A stretch of DNA of 64,000 bases from Marsupella aquatica (taxonomy: Eukaryota; Plantae; Marchantiophyta): NCBI GenBank assembly GCA_973895155.1, contig OZ316896.1:2604001-2668000 (forward strand), in the 5' to 3' direction. How positions within the stretch are numbered: the first letter of the stretch is position 1; the number at the start of each line of letters is the position of its first letter. The notes beneath the pieces are model-generated. The model had not been told where the DNA came from and did not search any database. It saw only the letters and a program-made list of their open reading frames with translations. This document shows positions 35,840 through 59,630 of the stretch, in pieces. Position numbers and translations under genes: made by a program.

Positions 35840-36657
35840 AGTGGACATCTTTAGAGTATGGCCCAGAGTATGGGCATAAAATAGCAACCACTGAAAAAAT
35901 CTTGTTGGTGCACAATCATGAGGGCTTCATAAGTGGTGCACATGAGGACTTAGTACTTGAATAGTACTAGTTCATCAATAGGTGAAAGGGAAACATAGTT
36001 GAAAATAGGGTATGTGAGTGGCTGGCAAACAAGTAATAAGTAAAGATTGTCAAGGAATAAGTAAAGAGAGTAAATACTATTTAAGTACTTTTGCTTCAAA
36101 CCCTTAGTTTGGATCATTGATGAACTCCAGGTATGCGGGTATGTGTTCTTTGATAGTACCCTGTCAAGTACCCTGCAGACTGAAGTCTTGGTTGACTGTG
36201 ATGTTTTTGCAAAACTGAAATAAGCGGGATTTAGGAGTAAATCACTATGCTGAACTTGTCATTGTCTTTATAATTTTTGCAGATTGGACTGGTGGTCATA
36301 GAGTGTGACATGCAGAGTAAATTATTTTAGTGTCAATTTGAGTAAACATAGAGACTTGAATTGCAGTATGATTTTGATAGCTAATTTTGTGGTTGTTGCA
36401 CCCTATATTGCACCAACATTGAGCTCAAATTCTTAAAGTCAAATAAAGTGCTTTTACATTTGTTACTATGTGCATGCTCTATGCTCATTTTTTATGAATT
36501 CAATAGATGCCTTGTGAATTCAATTAATGTCTTGTGTATCAAGCTACAGAAATACTCTACCTACGTGCTCACCTCTAAAAAATAACTTTCACAAAATTAA
36601 CACCAAAGAAATACTCACGGTCTGATGTGATTATTTCCAAAAAATTCTTTGGGAAAA

Positions 36658-37040
36658 TCTTACTATAAAAGCGCCAACTGAAGTTTACTTTTAAGAGCTT
36701 AGGTCTAGAGTAAAGCCTCTAGACCATAACTATATGGTCATCATGTGCATGGGAGAAATTCATGACATGACTATGATGTATGTAAAATGGTACATGCAAT
36801 GTGATAATTTATAAGTATTTACATTCAAAAAATATGGGCACTATGGCCCCACCACAACATATGTTCATAGAAGATGGATGTGCAGATAAAGGAGAATGAT
36901 ATATTATATATGACTATTAAAATTATGGGATTTTAATTATTTCATTAAATTTCAAAGTATATGAATAGAGAATATATTTTGATAATACTTTTATTGTTCT
37001 CTCCGCTATTCACGTTCAAAGAACGGGTAGTTGGGTCTAG
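36658..37040 (+). mobile_element. Non-autonomous Helitron, copy 1
   Basis: Inserted between A and T. 5' end TCTTACTATA, 3' end CTAG, subterminal hairpin CTATTCACGTTC-AAA-GAACGGGTAG. Similar along its length to copy 2. Confidence 0.8.
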
Positions 37041-37312
37041 TAACATCAAAGTATTGTTTAATTAAGTCCCATGTAATTTATTTAGATTTAAAAAAAAAAC
37101 ATTCACCCAAAGAGCACCCAAAACCATTGGTTAACCTTAAGACAGTTGGCAATACAATACTTGGAGAAAGTGAGGGGCTTGTCAATGATATCTTTACGTA
37201 GAGGGCTGGGTAGAGGGGCCCCATTAAGTCTTTTCCCCATCAAAATTTTTACTCCATTGTTAGATAAACTGGGGGCTAAATTCTAAATTAAGGAATCATG
37301 AAGTTAGTGGTA

Positions 37313-37679
37313 TCTTAATATAAAAATGACAACTAAAGTCTATTTTTAAGAGCCTAGGTCTAGAGTAGTGATGACTCTAGACCATAACTCCAGACCATCA
37401 CGTGCATGGGAAAAACTCATGACTATGATGCATGTCAACTGATACATGCAATTTTTGGTGATAATTTTAAAGTATTTACATTCAAAAAATGGGCACTATG
37501 GCCCAACCACAACATATGTGCATAGAAAAAAGGACTGTATATTATATATGACTATTAAAATGATGAGTTTTCTTTTCATTTCATTAACCTTCGAAGAATA
37601 TGAATAGAAAAAATATTTTGATAACATTTTTATTATCATTTTCACTATTCATGTTCAAAGAAGGGGTAGTCAGGGCTAG
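37313..37679 (+). mobile_element. Non-autonomous Helitron, copy 2
   Basis: A|TCTTAATATA start and ...GAAGGGGTAGTCAGGGCTAG end. Homologous to copy 1. Confidence 0.8.
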
Positions 37680-37897
37680 TCTTACTATAATCACAAGCAT
37701 AAGCTACTTTTAAGGGCTACCATCTAGAGGGAAACCTTTAGACCATAACTCAAATAAAGAGAAAAAGTATAATGATTTTGAATAAGACAAATCTAAAAGG
37801 TAAAAAAAATTGAATTTAAACAAAGATAGCCGAAAAGAGTATAATTTTTTTTTTGTTTTCAATTTTATGTACTTTGACTGAACAGTAGTCAGGCTAG
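37680..37897 (+). mobile_element. Non-autonomous Helitron, copy 3 (shorter, fused head-to-tail to copy 2)
   Basis: Starts TCTTACTATA immediately after the CTAG of copy 2. Shares CTTTTAAG.GCT...TAGACCATAACT. Ends GTAGTCAGGCTAG|T. Confidence 0.7.
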
Positions 37898-40609
37898 TAA
37901 AATTAAAGGGACGTTTGCGTGGTCAAACTACCACCTGGGGTTTTAATCGTTTAGAGAAACAATCAAATTGGAACCGAAGGGCGTTGGCTCGGCCACGGTC
38001 CATTGGTCAAAGCTACCGATCAGGGATCTACGGTGCAGATCTGCCCACCACATTGAAACGAATGTCGAACCGTTTAGATTGAACATCCTTTGAGAGTGCG
38101 ACACGTTTTCACCGTCCAGTGGACCGTCTGCGGAGACGACGGCAGGCATCCAGGGGCAGAGCGAGTGCGGTCTCTTCAGACAAGTCGATTTGCGGCTGTA
38201 GTGATGCCAATTGTCTTGCGTTGATCCCCTACTGAAGATTGTAAAGTGACAATTTCTAGTCAGTGTTGATTGACGTTAAAAAAGCGCTGCAGGGTGACGT
38301 CGAGCTTTCCAAAATTAGGCAAATGCGCGGTTAAAACTGGGGCTCCAGCTCCACATTGAGTGCTCCAGGAATGAGGAATTGAGCTGAGGACTACTCGCGC
38401 CAGAGCCTCCTTACACGGCCTCGTCTCAGTGAGATCGTCCACTCTTCTTAGTGGGATTCTCCAGTCTTGAGCGGGCTCTTGAAGTCGAATGTAGATTTAC
38501 AACGAGCAGAAGAAGAAAATAAGCCTTTCGAAGAAGAGTACAGTATTTCTTCCAAAGGACGAAGAAATATAAGAACCGCATGAACCTGAATCCTAATTAT
38601 CATATAACTTGGAATGTTTTGCCTTCAAATATTTCACTGGATCATGAAAATTTCAAAATGGCGTAGAGTTAGAGGAAAGAGGTTGGGATTCATTTGGAAT
38701 AGAGAGCAGGTGGTGGGCAGGAGGACGCTTGTGAGCCTGCAAAAGTGGCCGGGCACCTGGGACGGAAAGGATGGTCGAGGGGACTACTGTCTGCAGGAGA
38801 ACGGCTCTTCGGAGCTGGAGGGTCTATCCTTAGTATTTTACTTTTGTGCATGATTGAGTCCTGTAATCGTCTACTACAAGAAAGGGAGCAACAGAGGGGC
38901 CCTTTTTAAAGGCCAAAGTCCAGCTGCTTGAGGAACGAGAGGCTTGTGTGGGAATGTGTGCCTTACTTGTTGACAAGCGGGGAAACATGATTGTGTTACT
39001 TTCTTGTTTGTCACAGGCGCTCGATTGCAGGTACGCTCTCACCTCCGTCACTATTTACAGTAGGTTACGGGGATCAAATCTTACATTAATCTATGTGCCT
39101 GACTTATTAGTGTGGGTTCCAATTAGAATCTACAGCATAACGAGTGCCTCTGAATCAAAAGACTCCGAGAAATCATGTTTGCCTGGACCTACAGAGTGCA
39201 CGCCTCAAGTCAACAGGCGTTACATTTTTGAAGGGAATCAGTCCATTAATAATCAGCTTACCGAGAAATCTTGAGTTTGTCTTTTTCAATTCTGTGGATT
39301 TCTTTTGGATTGTGTGTCTCGTATGCATGCCCCCTTCTACTTTTGTCAGACAGTCTATTTGTTGTCCCCATCCCACAGATACTTTGGACAAGTTTTTATG
39401 GTGAAACAGTCACCTACCCACCTTTACTGGCTTCTGAAAACTTTTTTTTGATGAAATGGCTGCGTCACACTATAGAATATATAAAGAACATCATTTTTTG
39501 GAGTGCAATCAGGTTAACAATCTGCAAAGGCAGCCCTGTCTGATCTCTACTCGCTCAGGATTGCACGGTATCAGAGGGGATGAATATAAATTCGCGGTAG
39601 CCCGAAATCCACGCCGTGCCTTTCTTTCTTCGGTTGTCACCTCATCAGACAGCCACAGCCGAGTGAAAGAAATATCCTTGATCGGCTGTCAATCGATTGC
39701 CATTTCAGCTGAGCATTTGATCGAAGGAGCTCCGCAGACGAGAGACATTCTTACCTCGCTGTCTTTTCTGCGTAGGAGCGATGTCGTTACATTTCCATGT
39801 AAAGTGGAAAGAGAGATACTAGGCGAGTATTGACATTACGGTTCCAGGTCTCAGCCTGAATCGACTGAATTGAGCAGCTCGACTCGAGGAACCGCAAGAT
39901 TGGTGCGGGTTGGACGTTAGAAGGCCGTTACATGCAGTTTGTAATTATTGGGTTGTGGTTCGATCGATTCACAATCTGGGAGTCACGCTTCAGATAGAAA
40001 GTTGTCAGACAGTCTTTAAAAGTTTCACAGCTAACTGACTTGTGGCTGAACCCAAGTGCTGACGAGAAGGTAGGCTAATCGCTGCTGACATGAGACTGAG
40101 GACCGTCGTTGACAATCGGAGGAGAAACAGGTTATTCGGTGAAAAAAAGGCGGAGAAATTACAAATTTGAGGAGAGTGACATTCCGACAGAAAACAAAGA
40201 TTGTGTGTAGTACATGGGTAAGCTCGGTGTTGGTTATGAAAGCCGTGCGAAACAGTATGATGTTCTCGAGTGGCTTGAAATGCGGTTCCTGGCATCATAT
40301 CCTTCCCACAATTTAGCCGATGGTCGTATTGCTGAGCAACCAAAATCCAATTGGAAGCAGCCGAGCAGTCATTTCAAGGATTATTTTTCTTCACTTCATG
40401 TACAGCTGTAGATTGGATCGACATCAGCCTAGTCAGGGAGGCCGGGGGGCAGATGTTTACAGGAGCAGTAGTCGGGATGGAACTCGGTGGGCATTGTAAC
40501 AGGCGGGGCGGATGAGAAGAAAGTCGTCGACCTAAGTTTGGGGAATTCTACTCCCGCGCATTATTCATTTTGCCACGGTTGTTGGGGAGTGGATTCTGAA
40601 CAAAGGCAT

Positions 40610-52642
<12,033 letters not shown>

Positions 52643-53652
52643 GCAATTATTGTTTCTGTTGCCATATTGCTACGGAGGGATCTTTGGATACGGTTTCCAT
52701 GCTTGCGAGGAGTGGGAGGTTGAGAATCTCGACTTGTCAAGCAAAGAAAGAAGTTGGGCTAGTCTGTCAAGCTTACTGTCAAGTCGTCCCTTCTTGGTGG
52801 ATAATTTTATCACTTTTCTTCTCCACCCTGAACGGCCTATATATGACAGTTGAGATGGTGTACAATACTATAGATAATCGTAGAGGTATACAGAAGCTTG
52901 GAAGTCACTAAGCGTTGCAAGAACTCTCCTCAATCGTTGTGAATAAATAATGGTTTCGCGATTAAACAATTCAAACTAATCGATGTTGCCTCCTAGCGTA
53001 CTGTATTCCATGTTTCTGTTATCATGTTGGTTGACAACACTCCCCCTGTGAGTGAATGTCTTATGAGCCTTCACGCTATCACTGAACATATGACCGTTTA
53101 GGGACACCAACTCGGAAGAAGACTCCCATGCAAGGTTGTAATGAAAGCATTCGACTGTGTGGACATAACAGGATGATAAAATGGAAATCACAATGGATGC
53201 TTCGTGTGAACTTCCGTCTGTCATGGGACCGGTGAGCTTTGCTCTCAATCATTGCCCATCACACCGATATCGTTGAATTGAAGATGGTCAGATGATAATT
53301 GAAGCTACGAATACTTGACGACTCCACGCGGCTAGTCACTATTTGGTTGCAGGGTCACGTACGTAGTTGCTAACATACGAATTTGTTCTAGCATGGATTG
53401 CAACTACTGTAGATCTTTGGCCAGCAATCAGGAAGATTATTTCTTCCCGGAGTTGCGTCTTATCGCTGGGACGGTGGCATGCTGTGCGGGAGCCTGACCA
53501 CGACCATGATTTTTCTCCAAATCTGGCCAAAAGCCAAGGGCAGTCTGTGAAATATGGGAGATGGGACGGTTGAGGTTATCAAGATGAGAAGAACTGGCTC
53601 CCAGGTTCTAAGGAGGAGCTGCCTCCTTCATCCCTCTACGTATTAAGAAAAC

Positions 53653-54700
53653 TTAAAGAGGCTGCGCTAGACAGGTATCCTTAAATACACGGCCATTCTG
53701 CCTAAGCACCTTACACAGTTTTAAGAAACCACCGATGTCATTGGTGCAGTCCAAGCTGCTTTCAGAGTCCACGTACACCGAGGCGACCACGTACAGACAT
53801 GCTGCTTTCTCTGGATGCTTAGCATTTGAGTCGCACTCTTCTCCACCAACGATGCTGCCTGTTGTCATTCCGAATCCAGCAGGGCTTCTGCCATCTGAAG
53901 TATCTGTCGACGAAGGACTCCAACTTCCATCCCTCACTGGTTCGCAAGATGGTCTGAGCTGTTGTGCTGTGGTCCAAAGCCATCTTGGTGGCTCCCAAGA
54001 AACCGGAAAAGAAACATTCGGATTTGTGGCCACGAAAGCGGCTGGCCTGGCCAGAAGGTCCTGACCGATGGCCTGCCCCGCAGTTGTAGTTCCTGCGAAT
54101 GAATCAGCATGAAAACATCATGAATTGAGTGTCCAATACAGCTGGCATTACGCGAAGGGGGGTATTCGAGCGAGTTGTCTACACAATAGCCGACCAGAAA
54201 GAGTAAACATGATGACCAAGAAATTTGCAATGGTCAGCTACCGAAACGTTTTCTACCAAGCGCACAAGTCTACCGCGTCTTAGTCTCTTAGAAAGAGTCA
54301 TAAAGTTGGTCCCTCTCATCAATCAACTGCAATCCTGAAACGTCTGTCATAAAGTATGCAGTTCTAGTCGAGTCAGAGCCTTTTTAATATATGATACAAC
54401 GTTGTGAGAACCTGCCGGCACTTCCATTCATTGTGAAGCTATACCAGTAGGTGCGGGCTTTGTTTAGTGAAAGTATTTTAGATTAGAGAACGGGAATGTG
54501 TGCCGGCGCGCGCGGGCAAAGCCAATTGTGCACTGCAGCCTCGCTAGAAGTTTGGTAAGTGATCGACGAAGTTTTGCATGGCCAACATAATTAAATAAAG
54601 AAGCTGCAATTTCTTATATCCATTGCCTAGATGGAACTGCCTAAGTTTCCAAAAGAAGGAAGCCGCGCTGTAGCTGCGATGAAGGAAGCCGTTCTACAGC
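53653..54700 (-). pseudogene. Glycoside hydrolase family 19 (class I/II chitinase) pseudogene
   Basis: Minus-strand fragments in the expected order: SFIAATARLPSFG, KEIAAS, GYCVDNSLEYP, then after an acceptor (TCGCAG) NYNCGAG / AIGQDLLARPAAFVATNPNVSF...WLWTTAQQLRPSC...GSWSPSSTDTSDGRSPAGFGMTTGSIVGGEEC. These parallel canonical GH19 NYNYG...IGxDLL...VATDP.SF...WFWMT...KPSC...GFG..TNIINGGLEC. Frameshifts and stops are present and the catalytic HET motif is not intact. Confidence 0.75.
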
Positions 54701-56594
54701 TAGAGTCTGGACACACACCGACACTTGCCATCCTGCACCAAACTCAGGCCAAATAAGAGCCAAAATGGTACTAGAGTCAAACTACTCTTGTAAGCTGAAG
54801 ACGTGTGCGTCCCCACCTTGCCACCTTGGGAGCTGGCAATCAGTCTCTTGCCCTTGTGATCGCCTCTTGATGTAAGCTCGGAGGATCAGTGGCTCGAAGC
54901 CAGACCAGCAGAAGACAATTTCCAACTCTCGACTTCCTTCCAGCTCTAGACAGTACGTGACATCATCAACAGCCAACTACCGACACTGAAGAAGAAAACA
55001 TGAGAGGCTTTCTACAGTAATTAAACAATCATGGAAATGTCGTACAGTGTCGCCTCAATTTATAGTGGCGCTTGAGCCGCCCACAATCTCTACTTAGCAA
55101 TGTCCTGTTTTCAGGCAACTCAAAAGTAGTTCTTGAACGACGACCACGCCGCCGCCCTTGGCAGTAATTAAGTTGGACAATCACTAGACGAAGAAATCAG
55201 GACATCCTTCCTCCAGTCGATTGGGAGGGATGCTTCCCAGGTTCTTCTCCATTTCATTGTCGGTCTTCATGATCCACGTCCTCTTGCTTTACCCGTACAG
55301 ATACTCTACAGTTAAGTTCCGAAAGTAAAGTACTTCAAGTACGTTCACGTACGTGGGAGGCTGTGAGAATCCTCACGTACCGATCAGGTGAAGTACAATC
55401 GATCGTGACGGATCTCAGCAATTATTGTTCACCGTTGAAGGATGTGACGTAGATGAAACTTTCCACTTCCTTTCCTCTTTGGCTCCTAGGCTTTCGGGCT
55501 CACCGCGTGCGCAGTGTACTGAACACTCTACATCGTCAAACAATTGACTTCAATTCTTCTTCCATGCATCATCTTCTCCGATTACCGGTGTCCATGACTT
55601 GCAAGAAGTACGAGAACTGGCGCTGAGTTGTTCAGAACATAAATATATTGTTTCAAGACGAAGTCCAGACTTACCTCTAGAAGCTGTACAAATATCTTGT
55701 TCATATTGTCGTGGAAATGTACTTTACCCGGGAGTGTACATTGTAATGCACAATGTTGTTAATCGTCCCGGCTCTCGTTATAGACATCGATTTATAGGTT
55801 GCCGTCATCGACAACTATCCCAAGAGCCGGAATTATTGAATTATCATGGTCGAAATCAGGTATCCAGCTACCATTACACTGTATCGATCGATCTGGGTGC
55901 TCAAAATAACTGGGTGCTCAAAATTTGCAGACCAGGACATTCGATTCTCCGGAGGAAGATAGATATGAGCCGGTTGAGAGATCTATTCGGGTTTGACTGA
56001 TTGATTGATTCGGACTGCAAATCTGCAAATGTATACGTACAATCATTGCTTGCGTGCAACAATTCAGTAGTCTCTATGTAATCTCGGAGGGCGGAATTCC
56101 ATATTGCTCAAATGAGTAGTGGATCGACTCAGGTTCACTTTGCCCGACTTCTACTGCGTCTTCTAGCCAAACAAACGTCATACAAAACACACAAACTTCC
56201 ACGTACTATCGAATGTCATACGACAAATGTGCATTGCACTGTTCGGGCCAAGGAGAGTGACTCTTACTAGGAGCTTGAAGTATAATGTACATTTGTATTT
56301 CACTGGAGTGTATGTTACTCAGAATGCAACACTCAGGCTCAGCAACGTTAAGATTCCATTAGTTGTTACTGATTGAGTCTTCGGTACTATATCACTTTCT
56401 TAATTCCCACTCTTACAAGCGCTTCATGGAGAATCAAATTTGCCTCCATATATTAATGCCCACAATACATCCATGTACACCCTAGAAGTTGGGAGTACGG
56501 TGTCGCCCTGCAAATGAATGAAACCAGACAAGTTTTGATGTCCATTGTGACTAGAATTGTGTGTAATCTGGTGTCTAATTATACTTTGACTTTT

Positions 56595-57652
56595 TTGCCT
56601 CTTGAAAAAAACCAAGTGAATTTCATTCAAATAGTCAACATACAAAGAGAGGGGGGCCACCAAAAGGGCCACACCCAAGAGTACCTAAGGTCCATGTGCT
56701 AAAAACCCAGTGAAGCTGGTGCTAGGGGGAATCTGAGCTTCAAAAAGGGGCAACTAAACAAGTAATTTAGATACTACAGCGGGATCAGCACACTCCCAAG
56801 ACCGACCAGTGATCAGGCCCCGGCCAGGTTCCATCCAATGGGTATGTGAAAGAAGGTAAATTCTATCAATCTAATCTGTAGTGTAGCTACACACCTGTTG
56901 TAACCAAGATGTTTCAGGGTGGATGGGGGGGAAGGGTGGATGGGGGGGAACCCTAATCTGTAGTGTAGCTACACACCTGTTGTAACCAAGATGTTCAGGG
57001 TGGATGGGGGGAACCGGTGGGATCTGCAAGACCTCCTCATGCAGCTTCCAAAGTCCAGCCCAGGTACCATAGTCAAATGAGAAACCATTGTAAGCCTCGC
57101 CCAAGGTGGATTTCCCTTCTCTAATTCTAGTCTGGTGTCTAGCCCAGTCATGCCCAAGGTAGATCCCCAAACAATGCCATGACTTTTGAATAACCCCCTA
57201 GGGAATTGGTTGAGTGTGTTCAATGAAGTGCAAGCTTCTGTCCCTCCAGATATTCCAACAGGTGATTGCTCTGAGAGTATGCCACAGTTTCTCTGGAATG
57301 TCCCACTCGTCCAATAACGGCTCTCCAACAAGTATGTGGGCTGCATGCAGTTGAATTGGGAGATTTCAAGAAAGGGCAACACGCTGTAATAAGAACAGTA
57401 CCCAATGCCATACCACCTGGGAGATCCGGCATTGTTTGGGGATCAATGAAGATCAATGCAAGGAAGATATCTTTTTGTTGATCCAGATCGCATCGGGTGC
57501 ACTAGGTGTTGGCCGGGGTCTGATGCGGGTAATGTCGGGAACATCCTATGTTGCATGGCAGGAATCCAGTACTAGATTAATTGCCAAATGTAGCAGCCTT
57601 GTAAGATAACCAGGTGTCCTTCCAAAGCAAATCCAGGTCAACCATGACACCA
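56595..57652 (-). mobile_element. 5'-truncated L1-type LINE with 12-bp TSD
   Basis: ACTTTGACTTTT is duplicated at 56583-56594 and 57653-57664. Minus-strand remnants: WKDTWLSYKAATF, CTRCDLDQQKDIF (zf-RVT-like), LWHTLRAITCWNIWRDR. 3' end TTCAAGAGGCAAAAAA. Internal ~82-bp tandem duplication at 56871-57015. Confidence 0.78.
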
Positions 57653-58067
57653 ACTTTGACTTTTGACAGCTTGCGAGAAAGGTAAACAAAACAGGACTAT
57701 CGTAATCACATGGGCGGGTCATAAATTCAATACCAACCCAACATCTTTTGTATTGGTTCTGCCTTCAACCTGTTAGAGCCAATTTACTGTGTTAGGGGCG
57801 AATTGTAGAAATCCTGCCTCAAAGTCAGTTTTGCAAACCAACCAATTGAGCTGAGGGGATTTCCCCTCTAAACAATTAAAGAAAAATACAAGACAATCCT
57901 ACAGTATGGATCTCCTCTATTGCAGGATCCATTTTGGTGCATTTTGCAGACCAGGGACAAAACAGCAGCCTCCTCTTCTTGCCACCTTCCGTAGCAAACT
58001 TCTCAAGAAAACCTTTTTCTTATATGAGCGCCGGTCTTAGGAGTGTGCTGACCCCCAAAAAGGACGA

Positions 58068-58320
58068 GCAGCAACTAACTCTCCCTAGTTTATTTTTGTA
58101 TCTTGGAGTACTTTACTTATTTGACAAGTAAAACGCAGTAAACATGGGAGTAAAACAACCACATGGGCCAGAGGTCACCCAAAGCCCAGACACAGCAACG
58201 AACTCTACCTCATTTATTTTTCTATCTTGGAGTACTTTACTTATATGACAAGTAAAATCCAATAAAAATGGGAGTAAAAGGACCACATAGGCCAGAGGTC
58301 ACCCAAAGCCCAGACACATC
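58068..58320. repeat. Two-copy ~123-bp tandem duplication downstream of the tRNA
   Basis: TTTATTTTT.TATCTTGGAGTACTTTACTTAT.TGACAAGTAAAA...GGCCAGAGGTCACCCAAAGCCCAGACACA twice. Confidence 0.85.
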
Positions 58321-58501
58321 CAAACAGGGGCAAAAGCATTAACAAGAGCAAAAAGGTAACCAGAGGGTCACCCACCCAGAATCACCTAAAAAACAATCAA
58401 AGCAAACGGAACTGTACCTAATTCGATGAGGCGAAATCTAACAGTCCACAATTTAGGGAGTGCATTACCAAACCACCAAAACTCGCATTTCGCAAAATGG
58501 G

Positions 58502-58574
58502 TTCCGTAACCGGGACTCGAACCCGGGTCGCCTGGGTGAAAGCCAGGTATCCTAACCATCTAGACTATTACGGA
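58502..58574 (-). tRNA. tRNA-Glu(TTC): tRNA-Glu (anticodon UUC), nuclear type
   Basis: Reverse complement TCCGTAATAGTCTAGATGGTTAGGATACCTGGCTTTCACCCAGGCGACCCGGGTTCGAGTCCCGGTTACGGAA. Acceptor stem TCCGTAA/TTACGGA, anticodon loop with TTC, GGTTCGAGTCC B-box. T4 Pol III terminator just downstream and an AT-rich TATA-like stretch ~30 nt upstream. Confidence 0.96.
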
Positions 58575-59630
58575 GACATACAATGGATCTTCATAAACCA
58601 ATGTATATATTTAATTCGTCTGAAATGTGTTCTTTTGTGTAAAGCGTTTTTGCACGTTCCTTACTTGCCCAAAATAGTCCCTTCTCTAAACTATGAACAG
58701 TTGATCTGCATTGTCCAGCAGATGCATCCTGAAGACTTCAGATGCAATCTGCGCAGGATGGTAACAGGCTGAGGAAGGTGTTTACTCTGATGATAAACCG
58801 TAAACCCAAAACCCTCTCTGCTGCCGTTGCAGACGATCTCCTTGGTTTTGGAGTAAACACAACACAGCATTTCTACGGTTAGTTAACTTCGGGGGACGTA
58901 AATTGAGGCCTGACATGGTGATATCTTTGGCCATGGTGATTCTTTCCTGTTTCGATGGAGCTGGAGGGAGTCTTCGGCCTTTTACTATAACCAATCCATT
59001 TGACTGCTAGCCCGGGCCAATGAAATGAATGACATTTTATTTTCTGACATTCAATTGTAATCTGCAGGAACAGCTTCAAATTACCCTACTTTTAGATTGC
59101 CAAACGCTATCCTACGGGAGCTACCAGATCCATACTCTTAATTCAACACGCAAGTCGTTGCCATCGTCCAGAGTAATCTTCGACAGGAAGAGGGCTTCCA
59201 TTAATGTGTGAGTAGCAAACGGCAATGCAGTCAGCTTGATACATCTTTCTGGAATTCACATCATTCACTTACCTTTTGCTAACCATACTTCTGCATAAGT
59301 TTTGACTGCGTTTTGACAGATCAATTCATTCTTGCCAAATAGGAAAGGTTTGGCCGAGCGAGAACTCGCAGTATTTTACTCCAAAAAATCTGTACATACT
59401 TCACATCTCAGATGGTGAACCCAATATCTGTGTTCATGGGTCTCCGTAAGGGTCTCTCTGTTATGGACACTCGTTTTTCACCTCCCATATCTCACAGCAG
59501 CTGAGCGATTCAATCCTGAAAACTGCGTACTTCAGGTCTTTTGGGTCGATTCCAATCTGGAGATTTGTGCTAGCAATCCCGACGACTAGTACAACCCCTT
59601 CATCAGATTAATCTGATTTTGGCCGGCTGT

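Noticed and set aside
40214-40411. Extra N-terminal ABCC exon or conserved uORF
   Set aside because: No convincing donor joins it in frame to the first ABCC exon, it is not hydrophobic like TMD0, and it cannot be supported without transcripts.
55599-56000. 133-aa ORF
   Set aside because: Non-ATG start, no domain similarity recognised and no supporting exon structure.
58497-58772. 91-aa ORF, and a genomically encoded CCA on the tRNA
   Set aside because: The ORF is the antisense reading of tRNA-Glu. The bases after the discriminator are CCCATTTT, not a true CCA end.
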